IMG/VR virus record: IMGVR_UViG_3300034060_000806
Span: 1 to 32,134 of that record
DNA length: 32,134 nt
Origin: a virus
Lineage: Duplodnaviria; Caudoviricetes
Strand: one strand, 5' to 3'
Translations under genes and position numbers: made by a program
Notes under the pieces: model-generated
Databases searched by the model: none
What the model was told of the DNA's origin: nothing
What the model saw: the letters and a program-made list of their open reading frames with translations, nothing else
Part shown: positions 9,679 through 18,975 of the stretch, one piece after another
Layout of the letters: the number at the start of each line of letters is the position of its first letter
Position numbering within the stretch: the stretch's first letter is position 1

Positions 9679-10457
9679 CCCTTCTCCGACAGAACTCCGA
9701 ACTTCGTCGCGATCGCATTTGGAATTGGACAATTCCGGCCAGCACCACCGTTCTGCCTGACGGGCGAATTGCCAACGGATGTCCCGCAGCCGATGGATGC
9801 GTAAACCTTTGTTACGCTCGGAATGGCACTTATCTGTTTCCGGCCGTGAAAGCCGCTCATCAGCGCAACATGATGATGGCCCTAGACGACCTCCCCGCAT
9901 GGGAGACGACGATGCTTACCGAACTGGCGAGCAAACGGTTCCGACCGAACGGGATCGCTCGGTTTCCTCACCTCGTAGAGTGGATGCAACTTGACGAATG
10001 GACAGCCGAATGGGCGGCTTCAGGCGGCGCTGCCATACGAATTCACGACGCAGGCGACTTCTTTGCGGACGACTACACCGAGGCATGGCTGCGAATTGCA
10101 GCCACAACCTCAGATGTTCTGTTTTACGCGTACACCAAAGAGGTTCCAAGATTTCGTGCGCTTGTCGAAGGCACGGCCCCGATTAACTTCCGCTGGCTTT
10201 ACTCACTCGGAGGCAAGTTTGACCACCTCCTTGACCTCGACCGAGACCGTCACGCCGACGTCTTCCCCGACATGACCACGCTGGCCGACGCCGGTTACAT
10301 CGATCAGACCGAGTCGGATCTTCTGTGCGTATTGGCTCCCACGACCCGAGTCGGGATTCCGGCAAACAACATTCGGCACTTCCGAAAGCGCCAAGGCAAC
10401 CGCACCTTCGGCACGATTCAACGAGATCGGGACGAAATCAGGGCGAAACGATCATGA
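9675..10457 (+). CDS. GP88-family protein (Cys cluster, radical-SAM-like)
   Basis: [30 protein letters not shown] and FYAYTKEV motifs. Confidence 0.75.
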   Translation: MTLLRQNSELRRDRIWNWTIPASTTVLPDGRIANGCPAADGCVNLCYARNGTYLFPAVKAAHQRNMMMALDDLPAWETTMLTELASKRFRPNGIARFPHLVEWMQLDEWTAEWAASGGAAIRIHDAGDFFADDYTEAWLRIAATTSDVLFYAYTKEVPRFRALVEGTAPINFRWLYSLGGKFDHLLDLDRDRHADVFPDMTTLADAGYIDQTESDLLCVLAPTTRVGIPANNIRHFRKRQGNRTFGTIQRDRDEIRAKRS

Positions 10458-10639
10458 CCGGAGTGCGTTTGAAGCGTTGCTGCAAGTGTTGGCGCTACCT
10501 ACCCATCACTGATTTCAACTATGACGCCTCAACTTCTGACCGGTTGACCTATCGGTGTAGCCCGTGCATTGAAGTACACGCCTTTTTTGACACGTTTACA
10601 CCAAGTCACCCAACGGATTCCGATGCAATTCATTCTTGA
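10454..10639 (+). CDS. Small zinc-finger protein
   Basis: KRCCKC..LPITDF..RCSPC; ATGA overlap. Confidence 0.5.
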   Translation: MTGVRLKRCCKCWRYLPITDFNYDASTSDRLTYRCSPCIEVHAFFDTFTPSHPTDSDAIHS

Positions 10640-10985
10640 ATACCCGGAACGTCCGTGGACGACCAACGCTGAACGTGCCGGTAACCGCTGGGACAGAGCA
10701 AAGAAAACAAAGGAGTGGAGGAATGCGTTTGCATGGCTGGCACTCGAACAAAAGATTCCGCCGCTCAAATGGTGTGACATCACCGCAGAACCTTGGCTTA
10801 AAGACCGTCGGGGAATGCAGGACACAGCCGCCTGCAACCCCGCAGTCAAAGCCGCAATTGATGGCCTAATTGATGCGAACGTCATCATTGACGACGGCCC
10901 TCACATCGTAAAAACCATCACCTTTCATGCACCACAAGTAGGACGAAACTCACTCGTCCTCATAATCCAAGGAGAACCCGCATGA
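10623..10985 (+). CDS. rusA: RusA-like Holliday junction resolvase
   Basis: QDTAAC..VKAAIDGLIDANVIIDD acidic motif. Confidence 0.7.
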   Translation: MQFILEYPERPWTTNAERAGNRWDRAKKTKEWRNAFAWLALEQKIPPLKWCDITAEPWLKDRRGMQDTAACNPAVKAAIDGLIDANVIIDDGPHIVKTITFHAPQVGRNSLVLIIQGEPA

Positions 10986-11344
10986 CCGAGCAAGCAAGCA
11001 TCTTTGATTTTGTTGAAGCCAACGAAGCATTAGACGAAGCCCTCAATCGGGTCGATGCGAATGCAGACGACGAATGGAAGACCACAGCCCTCCGAGCAGT
11101 CGGATGGCTTTCAATGACCCAAGACCGATTCACCACCGACGATGTTTGGGCTGTACTCGTTGACCGGGAAGAAGCAACACACGAACCCCGAGCCCTCGGA
11201 CCCATCATGCTCCGAGCCCGCAAACTCGGATACATCGCAGGCACAACCGACTACGTCCTTTCAATGAGGCCCGAATGCCATCGAAACCCCAAGAAAGTTT
11301 GGCGTTCCCTGCTTTTCGAGCCGTCAACTGGCGTTAGTATCTAA
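10982..11344 (+). CDS. Hypothetical phage protein (winged-helix-like)
   Basis: AAGGAG RBS and ATGA overlap; FTTDDVW and PRALGP motifs. Confidence 0.6.
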   Translation: MTEQASIFDFVEANEALDEALNRVDANADDEWKTTALRAVGWLSMTQDRFTTDDVWAVLVDREEATHEPRALGPIMLRARKLGYIAGTTDYVLSMRPECHRNPKKVWRSLLFEPSTGVSI

Positions 11345-11353
11345 CCCCACTAG
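11325..11353. promoter_or_regulatory. Two operator-like boxes flanking a -10 element upstream of the HTH gene
   Basis: CAACTGGCGTTA (11325-36) and TAACCCCACTAG (11342-53) around TAGTAT; degenerate matches to YAACC-NN-GGTTR. Confidence 0.45.
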
Positions 11354-11367
11354 GAAAGGAACCTCAG

Positions 11368-11586
11368 ATGGCAGAAACAAAGATCGCCACCGAAACCGAA
11401 TTGGTTCAGATCAGCGAACTCACCAAACAAATGCGATTGCACGAAGCCGCCGTAGTTGACTTAGGTAAACAACGCCGAGTCATTCTCCGAGACCTCAGAG
11501 AACAAAACATTCCGTACCGACTACTCGCCGAAGCCATGGGCACGTCCGAACAGGCCGTTTACAAGGATCTCCGATGGGGAAAGTGA
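11368..11586 (+). CDS. Small HTH DNA-binding protein (candidate repressor)
   Basis: GGAAAGGA RBS; IPYRLLAEAMGTSEQAVYKDL helix-turn-helix. Confidence 0.75.
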   Translation: MAETKIATETELVQISELTKQMRLHEAAVVDLGKQRRVILRDLREQNIPYRLLAEAMGTSEQAVYKDLRWGK

Positions 11587-11590
11587 CCTA

Positions 11591-11935
11591 ATGGAACTCA
11601 CCTCAGACCTCATCGACGAAATCTGCGAAAAGATCACCGACGGCAACTTCCCCTTGACCGCCGCAATTGCCTGTGGAGTCGCAACCCCGCAATACAACGA
11701 ATGGATCCGCCTCGGCAACACCGAAATCAATTCCATTTCGGAAGGCAACAAACTCAACGAGAAGAATGCGATTTACGTTCACCTCGTCACCCAAATAGCC
11801 ACCGCTGAAGCAACCGCAGAGTCCCGAGCCGTCGCCTTTTGGCAAAACCATGTCTCCGAGAACTGGCAAGCCGCCCGAGACTTCCTCGCTCGCCGCTACC
11901 CGGCCCGCTGGTCAAACAACCCACCTCAGCAATGA
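11591..11935 (+). CDS. TerS-like HTH protein 1
   Basis: LT..LIDEICEKI..G....AAIACGV....YNEW...G and WQAARDFLARRYPARW. Confidence 0.55.
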   Translation: MELTSDLIDEICEKITDGNFPLTAAIACGVATPQYNEWIRLGNTEINSISEGNKLNEKNAIYVHLVTQIATAEATAESRAVAFWQNHVSENWQAARDFLARRYPARWSNNPPQQ

Positions 11936-12918
11936 CTTCGGTACCCGGTCGACCATCGAAACGACCAACAGCAGCCGTAGTGAAACGAATATGCGATCAG
12001 ATCCGTGCAGGAACTTACCCTCACGTCGCAGCAGCAGCCGCCGGAATCGCCCCATCCCAATTCGATGACTGGATGCGAATCGGTTCAGGCCCCAACCCAC
12101 CCAAGTTGTACGCCGACGCCCACGCCGACGTAACCGCTGCCATGGCCGTCATGGAAACCAAAGCCGTCACATCCGTACTGGTAGGCATGGCAGATGACTG
12201 GAAGGCCGCTGCATGGTGGCTGGAACGCTCCCGACCCTCCGTATGGGGCAAAGGCACCACACGCCGCACCAAAAAGATTCCCAACGAACCTGAAGACCTC
12301 ACCCCCGAACCCATCCAAAACGCCGGGGTACAGAAACAACACGTCGAAGAGTTCAAAAAGATCCTGCTCCGCAAACGCCTCATGATTCATGCCGTTGACG
12401 GTGCCTGCTATGTCCCCTTCATCGGAGACGCCGACATAGCCACAGAAATCTACACAGACCGCAAAATCTATGGGGCCGACATTAAACAAGCCCGAGTCGA
12501 CATCGCCCGCACCCGACTCCCCAACGCCGACATTCGAGTCTTCGACTGTGACGAGTGGCCGTTCTCCGACATTCAAACAGAACCCACAGCAATCGCCGAC
12601 TTCGACGCCTTCAACTACCCCTACCATGCGTTTCGAGCCTTCATGGAACACGGCAACCCCTGTGACACCGTCGTCTGTTTCTTCACCGACGGAGCCCGAA
12701 TGCCCGCCCAACGCCTCGGTATCTACACCGACCCCGCAGGAATCAAGCACACTGGCCTCGATATCAAAGAGCGCCGCATCGTCAATAACCTTTACTGGCC
12801 CCGCATCGCTAAGCCATGGCTCATGGAATGGGCTAAGGCAAATGGCTGGAAAGTCATCACAACCTCGTTCTACCTTAGGGACCGAATCATCTACTGGGGT
12901 ACAGTTCTCAAACGCTGA
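11932..12918 (+). CDS. TerS-like HTH domain fused to a SAM-dependent methyltransferase-like domain
   Basis: N-terminus GRPSK..IRAG..AAAAAGI..WKAAAWWLERSRPSVWG; C-terminus YVPFIGDADIA, IYGADI, DFDAFNYPY (Rossmann-like). Confidence 0.55.
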   Translation: MTSVPGRPSKRPTAAVVKRICDQIRAGTYPHVAAAAAGIAPSQFDDWMRIGSGPNPPKLYADAHADVTAAMAVMETKAVTSVLVGMADDWKAAAWWLERSRPSVWGKGTTRRTKKIPNEPEDLTPEPIQNAGVQKQHVEEFKKILLRKRLMIHAVDGACYVPFIGDADIATEIYTDRKIYGADIKQARVDIARTRLPNADIRVFDCDEWPFSDIQTEPTAIADFDAFNYPYHAFRAFMEHGNPCDTVVCFFTDGARMPAQRLGIYTDPAGIKHTGLDIKERRIVNNLYWPRIAKPWLMEWAKANGWKVITTSFYLRDRIIYWGTVLKR

Positions 12919-12951
12919 ATCCGTAAATCCCGTGCCATAGAAAGGATTCCG

Positions 12952-13371
12952 ATGGCTGCAACACCGGCAAAACGCAAAGAAAAGTTCGATGCGATCAAAA
13001 AAGAGGAATACCTGAACCTGCTTCGCAACGGGGGACGCCGCCATGTCTCGGCCCGAACCGTTGGCATTGACCCCACAACCGTCCTTGACCACATGAACAA
13101 ATATCCCGAGTTCGCTGACTCCGTTTCCCGAGCGGAGATGGAAGCCAACGAAATGGTCGAAGACGCCCTGTATCAAGCCGCCGTCGCCGGACACGTCACC
13201 GCCTGCCAAGTGTGGCTGTACAACCGAATCCCACAGAACTGGGCCGACAAACGCAATATCAAAGTCCAAGGCGATGCGAACAACCCTGTGCAAGTCCACA
13301 CAACTGTCGATCCTGCCGAGTTAGAAGCAAAGGTGCAGGCTGTCCTGAAGCAGCGCAATGACCGCGGTTAG
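12952..13371 (+). CDS. terS: Terminase small subunit
   Basis: GAAAGGA RBS; HTH followed by VEDALYQAAVAGHVTACQVWLYNRIPQNWADK; overlaps terL. Confidence 0.7.
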   Translation: MAATPAKRKEKFDAIKKEEYLNLLRNGGRRHVSARTVGIDPTTVLDHMNKYPEFADSVSRAEMEANEMVEDALYQAAVAGHVTACQVWLYNRIPQNWADKRNIKVQGDANNPVQVHTTVDPAELEAKVQAVLKQRNDRG

Positions 13372-14980
13372 TACCAGCCTCTACGAAGATTTCCTGAGAG
13401 CCACCCCGGCCGCTCGAATGCGATTGCTTAACAAACTGTCGCCCAGTGAACGTGCCGAATTCGATCTTGTGTTGCAGGAAGAACTTTCTCACCCGTGGTT
13501 TCGTTATGCCCGTGACCCGGTGGGCTTTGTCCGTGATGGCCTCGGGGAAACCATTTGGTCCCGTCAGGCTCAGATCCTCGAATCGGTTCGGGACAACAAA
13601 CGAACTGCCGTACCCGCCTGTCATGCCCCCGGTAAGTCCCACATTGCCGCTAGAGCCGTCTCATGGTGGATCTCTTGTCATGCACCCGGAACGGCTATTG
13701 CGATCACCACGGCCACCACACACCGCCAAGTCCGAAACATTCTGTGGCCCCACATTCGCCGAGTCGCAGTGAGACACAACCTGCCCGGTGAAGTTTTAAC
13801 GACGACATGGAAACTGGACGACGACATCGTTTCCTACGGCTTCTCCCCTTCCGACTATGACGAAACGGCCGTGCAGGGCATCCACGCCCCCCACTTGCTC
13901 ATCGTCGTCGACGAGGCTGGCGGCATCGGACCAATCATCGGCCAAGCCTTAGAAGCCCTCATGACCGGCTCTCACACCCGACTACTATTGCTCGGTAACC
14001 CACCAACCGACTTGGAAGGCTCATGGTTCGAGAACGCCTGTGGGTCAGCGAACTACAACGTCATTCCTATCAATGCGTTTGACACCCCGAACTTCACTGG
14101 CGAAGACGCCGGAATCTGCCACGCCTGCCCGCCTTCAGTGCCTCAGCACTCAGTAGCCACCCACCTTGTCGACCGGGAATGGGTCGAAGACGTCATATCC
14201 GAATTCGGTGAAGAGTCCCCATTCGTTCAAGCCCGTGTATTTGCCCGTTTCCCACGCCAAGTATCGAACAAGGTCATTCCCTTCGATTGGGCTGAAGCGG
14301 CCTCTCAGAACGAATCACCGACCGAATCAATGCGAATCAGGCTCGGAGTCGACGTCGCCGCTGACGGTGGAGACGAATTCGTTATCGCTTGGGCTGACGG
14401 CTACCGGGTTTCCATCAGGCACAACTCATCAGGTTCCGTGAACGCCAACCCTGTCGACGTCGCCGGGAAAATCCTTGAACACATTCATCAGGCCGAGAAG
14501 ATCCACGTCGAAAGGGAACTAACACAGCCGGTTCGAGTCAAGATCGATGCGATTGGTGTCGGCTGGGGTGTCACCGGGATGCTGCAACGCTGGAAAGACG
14601 AGCGTCGCCATGGCGCTGAGATCATCGCCGTCAACGTCGCCGAACGATCCGCTTTCCCCGACAAGTTCCACAATCAACGAGCCGAAATGTGGTGGAACGG
14701 CCGAACCTTGGTGCAACCGGCACCTGACGGCGCTCAGGAGATGCGTTTAGACATTGACCGTCGGGCTATCGCCCAGTTGTCAACCCCGATGTACAAGTCG
14801 GACTCTGCCGGTCGAATCCAAATTGAGAAAAAGTCGGACATGAAACGCCGGGGACAAACCTCCCCTGACCGTGCCGAGGCCGTCCTGCTGGCCGTCTTCG
14901 AGCCTCCGGGCCATGTCGCCCCTCCTGCTGTGCCTGCGATTCAGTTCAAGCAATCAAATGACTGGAATATCAACATTTGA
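13358..14980 (+). CDS. terL: Terminase large subunit
   Basis: Walker A ACHAPGKS, Walker B LIVVDEAG, LLLGNP, nuclease LGVDVA, C-terminal SPDRAEA. Confidence 0.93.
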   Translation: MTAVSTSLYEDFLRATPAARMRLLNKLSPSERAEFDLVLQEELSHPWFRYARDPVGFVRDGLGETIWSRQAQILESVRDNKRTAVPACHAPGKSHIAARAVSWWISCHAPGTAIAITTATTHRQVRNILWPHIRRVAVRHNLPGEVLTTTWKLDDDIVSYGFSPSDYDETAVQGIHAPHLLIVVDEAGGIGPIIGQALEALMTGSHTRLLLLGNPPTDLEGSWFENACGSANYNVIPINAFDTPNFTGEDAGICHACPPSVPQHSVATHLVDREWVEDVISEFGEESPFVQARVFARFPRQVSNKVIPFDWAEAASQNESPTESMRIRLGVDVAADGGDEFVIAWADGYRVSIRHNSSGSVNANPVDVAGKILEHIHQAEKIHVERELTQPVRVKIDAIGVGWGVTGMLQRWKDERRHGAEIIAVNVAERSAFPDKFHNQRAEMWWNGRTLVQPAPDGAQEMRLDIDRRAIAQLSTPMYKSDSAGRIQIEKKSDMKRRGQTSPDRAEAVLLAVFEPPGHVAPPAVPAIQFKQSNDWNINI

Positions 14981-14989
14981 TCGAAAGAC

Positions 14990-15058
14990 TTGCACACCTA
15001 ACCACGGTGTAGTAACTTTGCCTTGGAGGGAGAGGGACTTCCTCCGGAAAAGGACATC
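14990..15058 (+). promoter_or_regulatory. Promoter cassette A
   Basis: TTGCAC-17-TAACTT; CCTAACCACGGTGT in the spacer; hairpin GGAGGGAG-AGGGA-CTTCCTCC; SD GAAAAGG. Confidence 0.8.
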
Positions 15059-15397
15059 ATGAACCTTGCATACCGCCCCTACAACCAATTTGCAGCCGAT
15101 CTTGCCCCCGGTGGCAAGATCACCATTGATGACGCAGTGGTCGGCCATGTAGCGCACTACACGACGGAAAAATGGGGGGCCATGGCTAACGGCAAACCTA
15201 AAGGTCTCGGCCTCTTTGACAATCAGGCCGATGCGATCTTCGCAGTCATCGAAGCCGCCATCACTGAAGATGCACTGGAAACTCACTTCACCGCCATCGA
15301 CAAGTTCGTGACCCAGTTCCACACGGCCGAACAGCAGCAGCAACTCGCACAAATCGACGAAGCCATTGAAGCCGCCAAGTACGGAGAGTACGCATGA
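15059..15397 (+). CDS. Hypothetical protein
   Basis: ATG after the cassette A SD. Confidence 0.7.
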   Translation: MNLAYRPYNQFAADLAPGGKITIDDAVVGHVAHYTTEKWGAMANGKPKGLGLFDNQADAIFAVIEAAITEDALETHFTAIDKFVTQFHTAEQQQQLAQIDEAIEAAKYGEYA

Positions 15398-15618
15398 AAT
15401 TCGTCAAGACCGACAACCGAACCTTTGAAACCGAAGACGGGGCTTATGCGGTTTACCGCTACGCCAACAACAGTTACGCCCTGCAAACTCGTCTGACGTA
15501 CATCGTCTATGAAGGCAAAACCGCCGTCACGGACGAACTCGGCGACTTGGTCACTTTCAAATCAATCACAGATGCGAAGCAATTCGTTATCAACAAAGTA
15601 ATGGGGGTCGCACAATGA
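15394..15618 (+). CDS. Hypothetical protein
   Basis: ATGA overlap, GGAG RBS. Confidence 0.65.
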   Translation: MKFVKTDNRTFETEDGAYAVYRYANNSYALQTRLTYIVYEGKTAVTDELGDLVTFKSITDAKQFVINKVMGVAQ

Positions 15619-15932
15619 CCGACCAACAAATCCCTGAACCTAATTTCATGTCGGGATCCGATATGAATCCGAACCTGCCAATCGAAATCTCAATGTCCAT
15701 CCGAGAATGGTCGCTCATCTGCATGGCGCTCCGAGCCAAGGAACACGACATCGAAGATGCGATTGAAGGAATGCCATCCGAAGCCGCCGCCGCTCAACTC
15801 ACCCGCTACGCAGCGTCGTACACCCACATTCGAGTCTCCCTCCTGAACACCCTCTTGGACGCTGAAGAAAAGTGGATGGACAACGAAGCCCGTGAAATCG
15901 CCGAAATTGAAGAATGGAGAGAAGACCAATGA
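15615..15932 (+). CDS. Hypothetical acidic protein
   Basis: ATGA overlap. Confidence 0.65.
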   Translation: MTDQQIPEPNFMSGSDMNPNLPIEISMSIREWSLICMALRAKEHDIEDAIEGMPSEAAAAQLTRYAASYTHIRVSLLNTLLDAEEKWMDNEAREIAEIEEWREDQ

Positions 15933-16111
15933 AATACATCCTTGAATTCACCGAAAAGGCCACCTACAACTGTGAGGTCATCGCCAACTCCAAGGCTGAA
16001 GCAATCGCCAAGGTCAAGGCAGCCGACTTCGACGTAATGGATATGTGCTGTGGCGGAATGCCCTACGCCGTCAAGGTCATCGGAGTTGTCGAACAGGAAG
16101 TCGACGCCTGA
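15929..16111 (+). CDS. Hypothetical protein
   Basis: ATGA overlap, GGAG RBS; VIANSKAEAIAKV motif common in small phage proteins. Confidence 0.6.
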   Translation: MKYILEFTEKATYNCEVIANSKAEAIAKVKAADFDVMDMCCGGMPYAVKVIGVVEQEVDA

Positions 16112-16299
16112 TGCGATCACCTGAATTCACTGAAGCCGAACTCTTGGCCGTTGAACTGTCGCTCATGGAAACACTGACGATGCTCAACGCTCACATTCGA
16201 GCCTCAGAGCCCGACGATCCGGAGAACCAGCGTCGCCGCCAACTCATCATTCGAGTCCAGCAGGCTTTATTTAAAATCAGGTACACACATCAGCCTTGA
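16111..16299 (+). CDS. Hypothetical protein
   Basis: TGATG overlap with the upstream stop. Confidence 0.5.
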   Translation: MRSPEFTEAELLAVELSLMETLTMLNAHIRASEPDDPENQRRRQLIIRVQQALFKIRYTHQP

Positions 16300-16334
16300 T
16301 CGTGCGTTATCTCAGTGGAAGGCACCAACCATCC

Positions 16335-16399
16335 ACCACACCTAACCGTGGTGTGGTACAGTTACCAACGAGCGAAGGGATCGCTCAGGAAAGGCAAAT
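16335..16399 (+). promoter_or_regulatory. Promoter cassette B
   Basis: ACCACACC-TAACCGT-GGTGTGGT; extended -10 TGG-TACAGT; hairpin GAGCGA-AGGGA-TCGCTC; AGGAAAGG. Confidence 0.85.
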
Positions 16400-16822
16400 A
16401 TGCGAAAACTTCACACAAGCCCAAGGTTCGGCGGTTCGATAGACCTCTACGAACTTGTCGACACTTGTGACGGCGAGCCGTTGGGCGCTACTCACATCGG
16501 CACTGTTGTCGCTACCGAAGGTGGCTTCACCCACGGCAAGACAAATGCTCGCCCCTTTGAGACCCAAGGCGCTGCACTCGTCAACCTCGCAACGATCCAC
16601 TACCGAGGGATCCCGCAACACCTCCTTGACGCCATGCCCGAACTCATGGGCGCTGATGCGTTTGGCTCGGCGATGGACAAGATCGCCGCCGCTGCCAAGC
16701 GTGCAGGAGCCGCTCACGACGCCGCTACCGCACGCTGGGGCTCGAACCCGGCACCGGTTGTCGGCCGCTATGTCACAGGATCGTCAGACAATCCTCTTCA
16801 GGGCCCCGCCTCTCTGAATTGA
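16400..16822 (+). CDS. Hypothetical protein
   Basis: ATG 5 nt after GGAAAGG. Confidence 0.7.
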   Translation: MRKLHTSPRFGGSIDLYELVDTCDGEPLGATHIGTVVATEGGFTHGKTNARPFETQGAALVNLATIHYRGIPQHLLDAMPELMGADAFGSAMDKIAAAAKRAGAAHDAATARWGSNPAPVVGRYVTGSSDNPLQGPASLN

Positions 16823-16835
16823 GTGTGTCTGATGC

Positions 16836-16870
16836 GGCCCCGGGCTCGGACCCGCCCCAAGCCCGGGGCC
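16836..16870 (+). terminator. GC-rich stem-loop after gene
   Basis: GGCCCCGGGCT / AGCCCGGGGCC inverted repeat; no U-tract. Confidence 0.5.
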
Positions 16871-16878
16871 ACGCTCTC

Positions 16879-16944
16879 ACCACACCTAACCCCGGTGTGG
16901 TACCGTCTCCGACGAGGGCAGGGAGCCCTCAGGAAAGGCAAGAC
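16879..16944 (+). promoter_or_regulatory. Promoter cassette C
   Basis: CCACACC-TAACCCC-GGTGTGG-TACCGT; hairpin GAGGGC-AGGGA-GCCCTC; AGGAAAGG. Confidence 0.85.
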
Positions 16945-17229
16945 ATGACCAAAGTATTCGACACCCGAGACCTAAAAGCCCTCAACACCATCGCTGCCCT
17001 AGAGCAGAAGAGCCGAGTCCTCTCCCCGGGGCTGATGCGATTGCTTGACCCCGACGGTTACCACGTTGAGTTCTTCAGCATGATCCACAACGACATCGAA
17101 TTACGACTTGGCCTCATGGTCAAACTCGTCAACACCGACGAACCGGTCGAAGTGTTCCTAGACGTCGACCCCGACACCTACGACCACTACGGCTTCCAAC
17201 ACACCGACGTCTTGAAAGGAACGGCATGA
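16945..17229 (+). CDS. Hypothetical protein
   Basis: ATG after the cassette C SD (the ORF-track start at 16819 is unlikely). Confidence 0.7.
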   Translation: MTKVFDTRDLKALNTIAALEQKSRVLSPGLMRLLDPDGYHVEFFSMIHNDIELRLGLMVKLVNTDEPVEVFLDVDPDTYDHYGFQHTDVLKGTA

Positions 17230-17582
17230 CCAAGACAATGCAAGAACTCAACTACCTCGGCGGATGTCTTCATCCCAAGACCCCTGAAGGCCGTGCATTC
17301 CTTCACCGGGTCTACTGGGCTCACGTCGAAGAACTCCCCAACTACGAAGACCGTGAGGTCGGGCTCTACGAACTCGCCGAAGCCGCCGTGCCCGTCGCCA
17401 CCCAAGAACAGTGGATGGTGTTCGCTGACTTAGGTGGCTGGATGGTCGACGTCGACGAAGTCATGGGCGACGAAGGCACCCCTGCCGAACGAATGCGAAT
17501 CGCTTTGTGCATGGTCGCCGACCTACTCATGGCAGGACTCGAAGCAGAACACATTGAACAGGAAGGCAAGGTGACGGCATGA
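17226..17582 (+). CDS. Ocr-like acidic protein (candidate DNA mimic / anti-restriction)
   Basis: 118 aa, acidic; LYELAEAAVPVATQEQWMVFADLG resembles the T7 Ocr core [24 protein letters not shown] (recalled from memory). Confidence 0.5.
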   Translation: MTKTMQELNYLGGCLHPKTPEGRAFLHRVYWAHVEELPNYEDREVGLYELAEAAVPVATQEQWMVFADLGGWMVDVDEVMGDEGTPAERMRIALCMVADLLMAGLEAEHIEQEGKVTA

Positions 17583-17761
17583 CCCGAATGCCATCAATTG
17601 TTGGTATCGCTATCGACATGAAAACAGACAGGATCATGAGTTACGTCGGGAACCTCGGCGATGTCCGCAAATGGGCTGCCGAACTCTCAGACCCTCACAC
17701 CAGTATCCAAATCCGGGAAATCGGCGAAATCGTTATGTTCGTCGGAGAGGTGAAGTCATGA
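17579..17761 (+). CDS. Hypothetical protein
   Basis: ATGA overlap. Confidence 0.55.
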   Translation: MTRMPSIVGIAIDMKTDRIMSYVGNLGDVRKWAAELSDPHTSIQIREIGEIVMFVGEVKS

Positions 17762-18243
17762 AAGCCCGCAATCACGACAACCTGATGTCATGGCCTCACG
17801 GCTATTTCGAGGATTTTTACAGAGAAGACCGCCACCCCAATGCCGAGTCAATCCGGACGGCCGTCGAAACAACCCTGACCACGAGTCGGGCCGATGCGAT
17901 TGTCCGAGACAGTGGCAGTGCCTCGCAAACAGCGTGGCCCGAAGACGACCCTGAAGGCTTGCAGTGGAAGGTCAGCGAAATCCTGAGGCTCTTTCAGTCT
18001 CGTCCCGCAACTGGCGCTGTCGAAGAGTTCTTTGTCGGCGAGCGTCACATGGAGAGAAGCAAATATGTGAGCGTCACCGTTTGGGATCATTCGGTGAAGC
18101 ACTCCACGCCGGAAAACCCTGCCTGCTACACGACCGTTTATCACGTCGACGAATTGCCTCTCCATTACCAAGGCTATGAACTCCCGTATGCGAGCCGTGG
18201 CTTGCAAATCCGGGCTTTGTTCACCTTTGGTGTTGGTGATTGA
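17758..18243 (+). CDS. Hypothetical protein
   Basis: ATGA overlap, GAGGTG RBS. Confidence 0.6.
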   Translation: MKARNHDNLMSWPHGYFEDFYREDRHPNAESIRTAVETTLTTSRADAIVRDSGSASQTAWPEDDPEGLQWKVSEILRLFQSRPATGAVEEFFVGERHMERSKYVSVTVWDHSVKHSTPENPACYTTVYHVDELPLHYQGYELPYASRGLQIRALFTFGVGD

Positions 18244-18303
18244 CAGTTTCTACCGGGGTTGCCCTACACTGGGGTTGACCGATGCGACCACGGGAGGATC
18301 CCG
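18240..18303 (+). promoter_or_regulatory. Degenerate promoter/operator variant
   Basis: TTGACA-19-TACACT containing CTACCGGGGTTG; small hairpin CGGGA-GGA-TCCCG before ATG 18304. Confidence 0.4.
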
Positions 18304-18642
18304 ATGACCGATTTTCGTAACGTGATGACACACACTGCATTGCACGGTGAAGAGGCCGAAGTTGAGTGGGCCCATTCCCTTGTCGACGAACTCTCCGAGG
18401 CTTACGGGCTGCACTGGGCCGGTCTCATGGAAGATCCTGAGATCGAAGCCCAAGACGCTCTGTTTGCCACGACCGACGAGTTCAACCGGCTGGGGATCGA
18501 ACGCCTTCAGGCCACCAACATGGGTGATGCGATTGAACGGATCTTCCTGACCGCCCTGATTGAGAAGAATCCGGGGCTCGGGAATCTGTTGGAGCATGAG
18601 GCCGAGCAGCGAAAGCGGATCATCATCCCCACAGCGTCCTAA
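18304..18642 (+). CDS. Hypothetical acidic protein
   Basis: GGAGG RBS before ATG 18304. Confidence 0.6.
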   Translation: MTDFRNVMTHTALHGEEAEVEWAHSLVDELSEAYGLHWAGLMEDPEIEAQDALFATTDEFNRLGIERLQATNMGDAIERIFLTALIEKNPGLGNLLEHEAEQRKRIIIPTAS

Positions 18643-18693
18643 CTGTGGTAGAGTTTCAGTGAAGCGGAGGGACCGCTTCAGAAAGGCAGCAGC
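18629..18693 (+). promoter_or_regulatory. Promoter cassette D
   Basis: CCACAG-CGTCCTAA-CTGTGG-TAGAGT; hairpin TGAAGCGG-AGGGA-CCGCTTCA; GAAAGG. Confidence 0.8.
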
Positions 18694-18975
18694 ATGAACA
18701 CCATCACATCAGCCCAATTCAAGGAACTTACCCAAGTTCTCTACGCCAAAGACATCGTCGATTCGATGGATGACGTCGAAGTTGAGGAACATTCCGGGTA
18801 TGCCCCACGAATCGCAATCACGATGAGTCAAGGAATCGACATGGCGGTTCAATGCGGTGCAGCAATCGGCTCTATTCCGGAACTCGCTCATCTCGTCAAA
18901 AACGCTGTAGTCGAGGGCGATTGCCGGATCGGCACTGTGTACATCGACAACTACAAGGTGGAGGAAGCAGCATGA
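18694..18975 (+). CDS. Hypothetical protein
   Basis: ATG after the cassette D SD. Confidence 0.7.
   Translation: MNTITSAQFKELTQVLYAKDIVDSMDDVEVEEHSGYAPRIAITMSQGIDMAVQCGAAIGSIPELAHLVKNAVVEGDCRIGTVYIDNYKVEEAA

Noticed and set aside
12085-13299. 404-aa minus-strand ORF and other long minus-strand ORFs
   Set aside because: Antisense shadows of well-supported + strand genes with C-ending codon bias; no recognisable motifs
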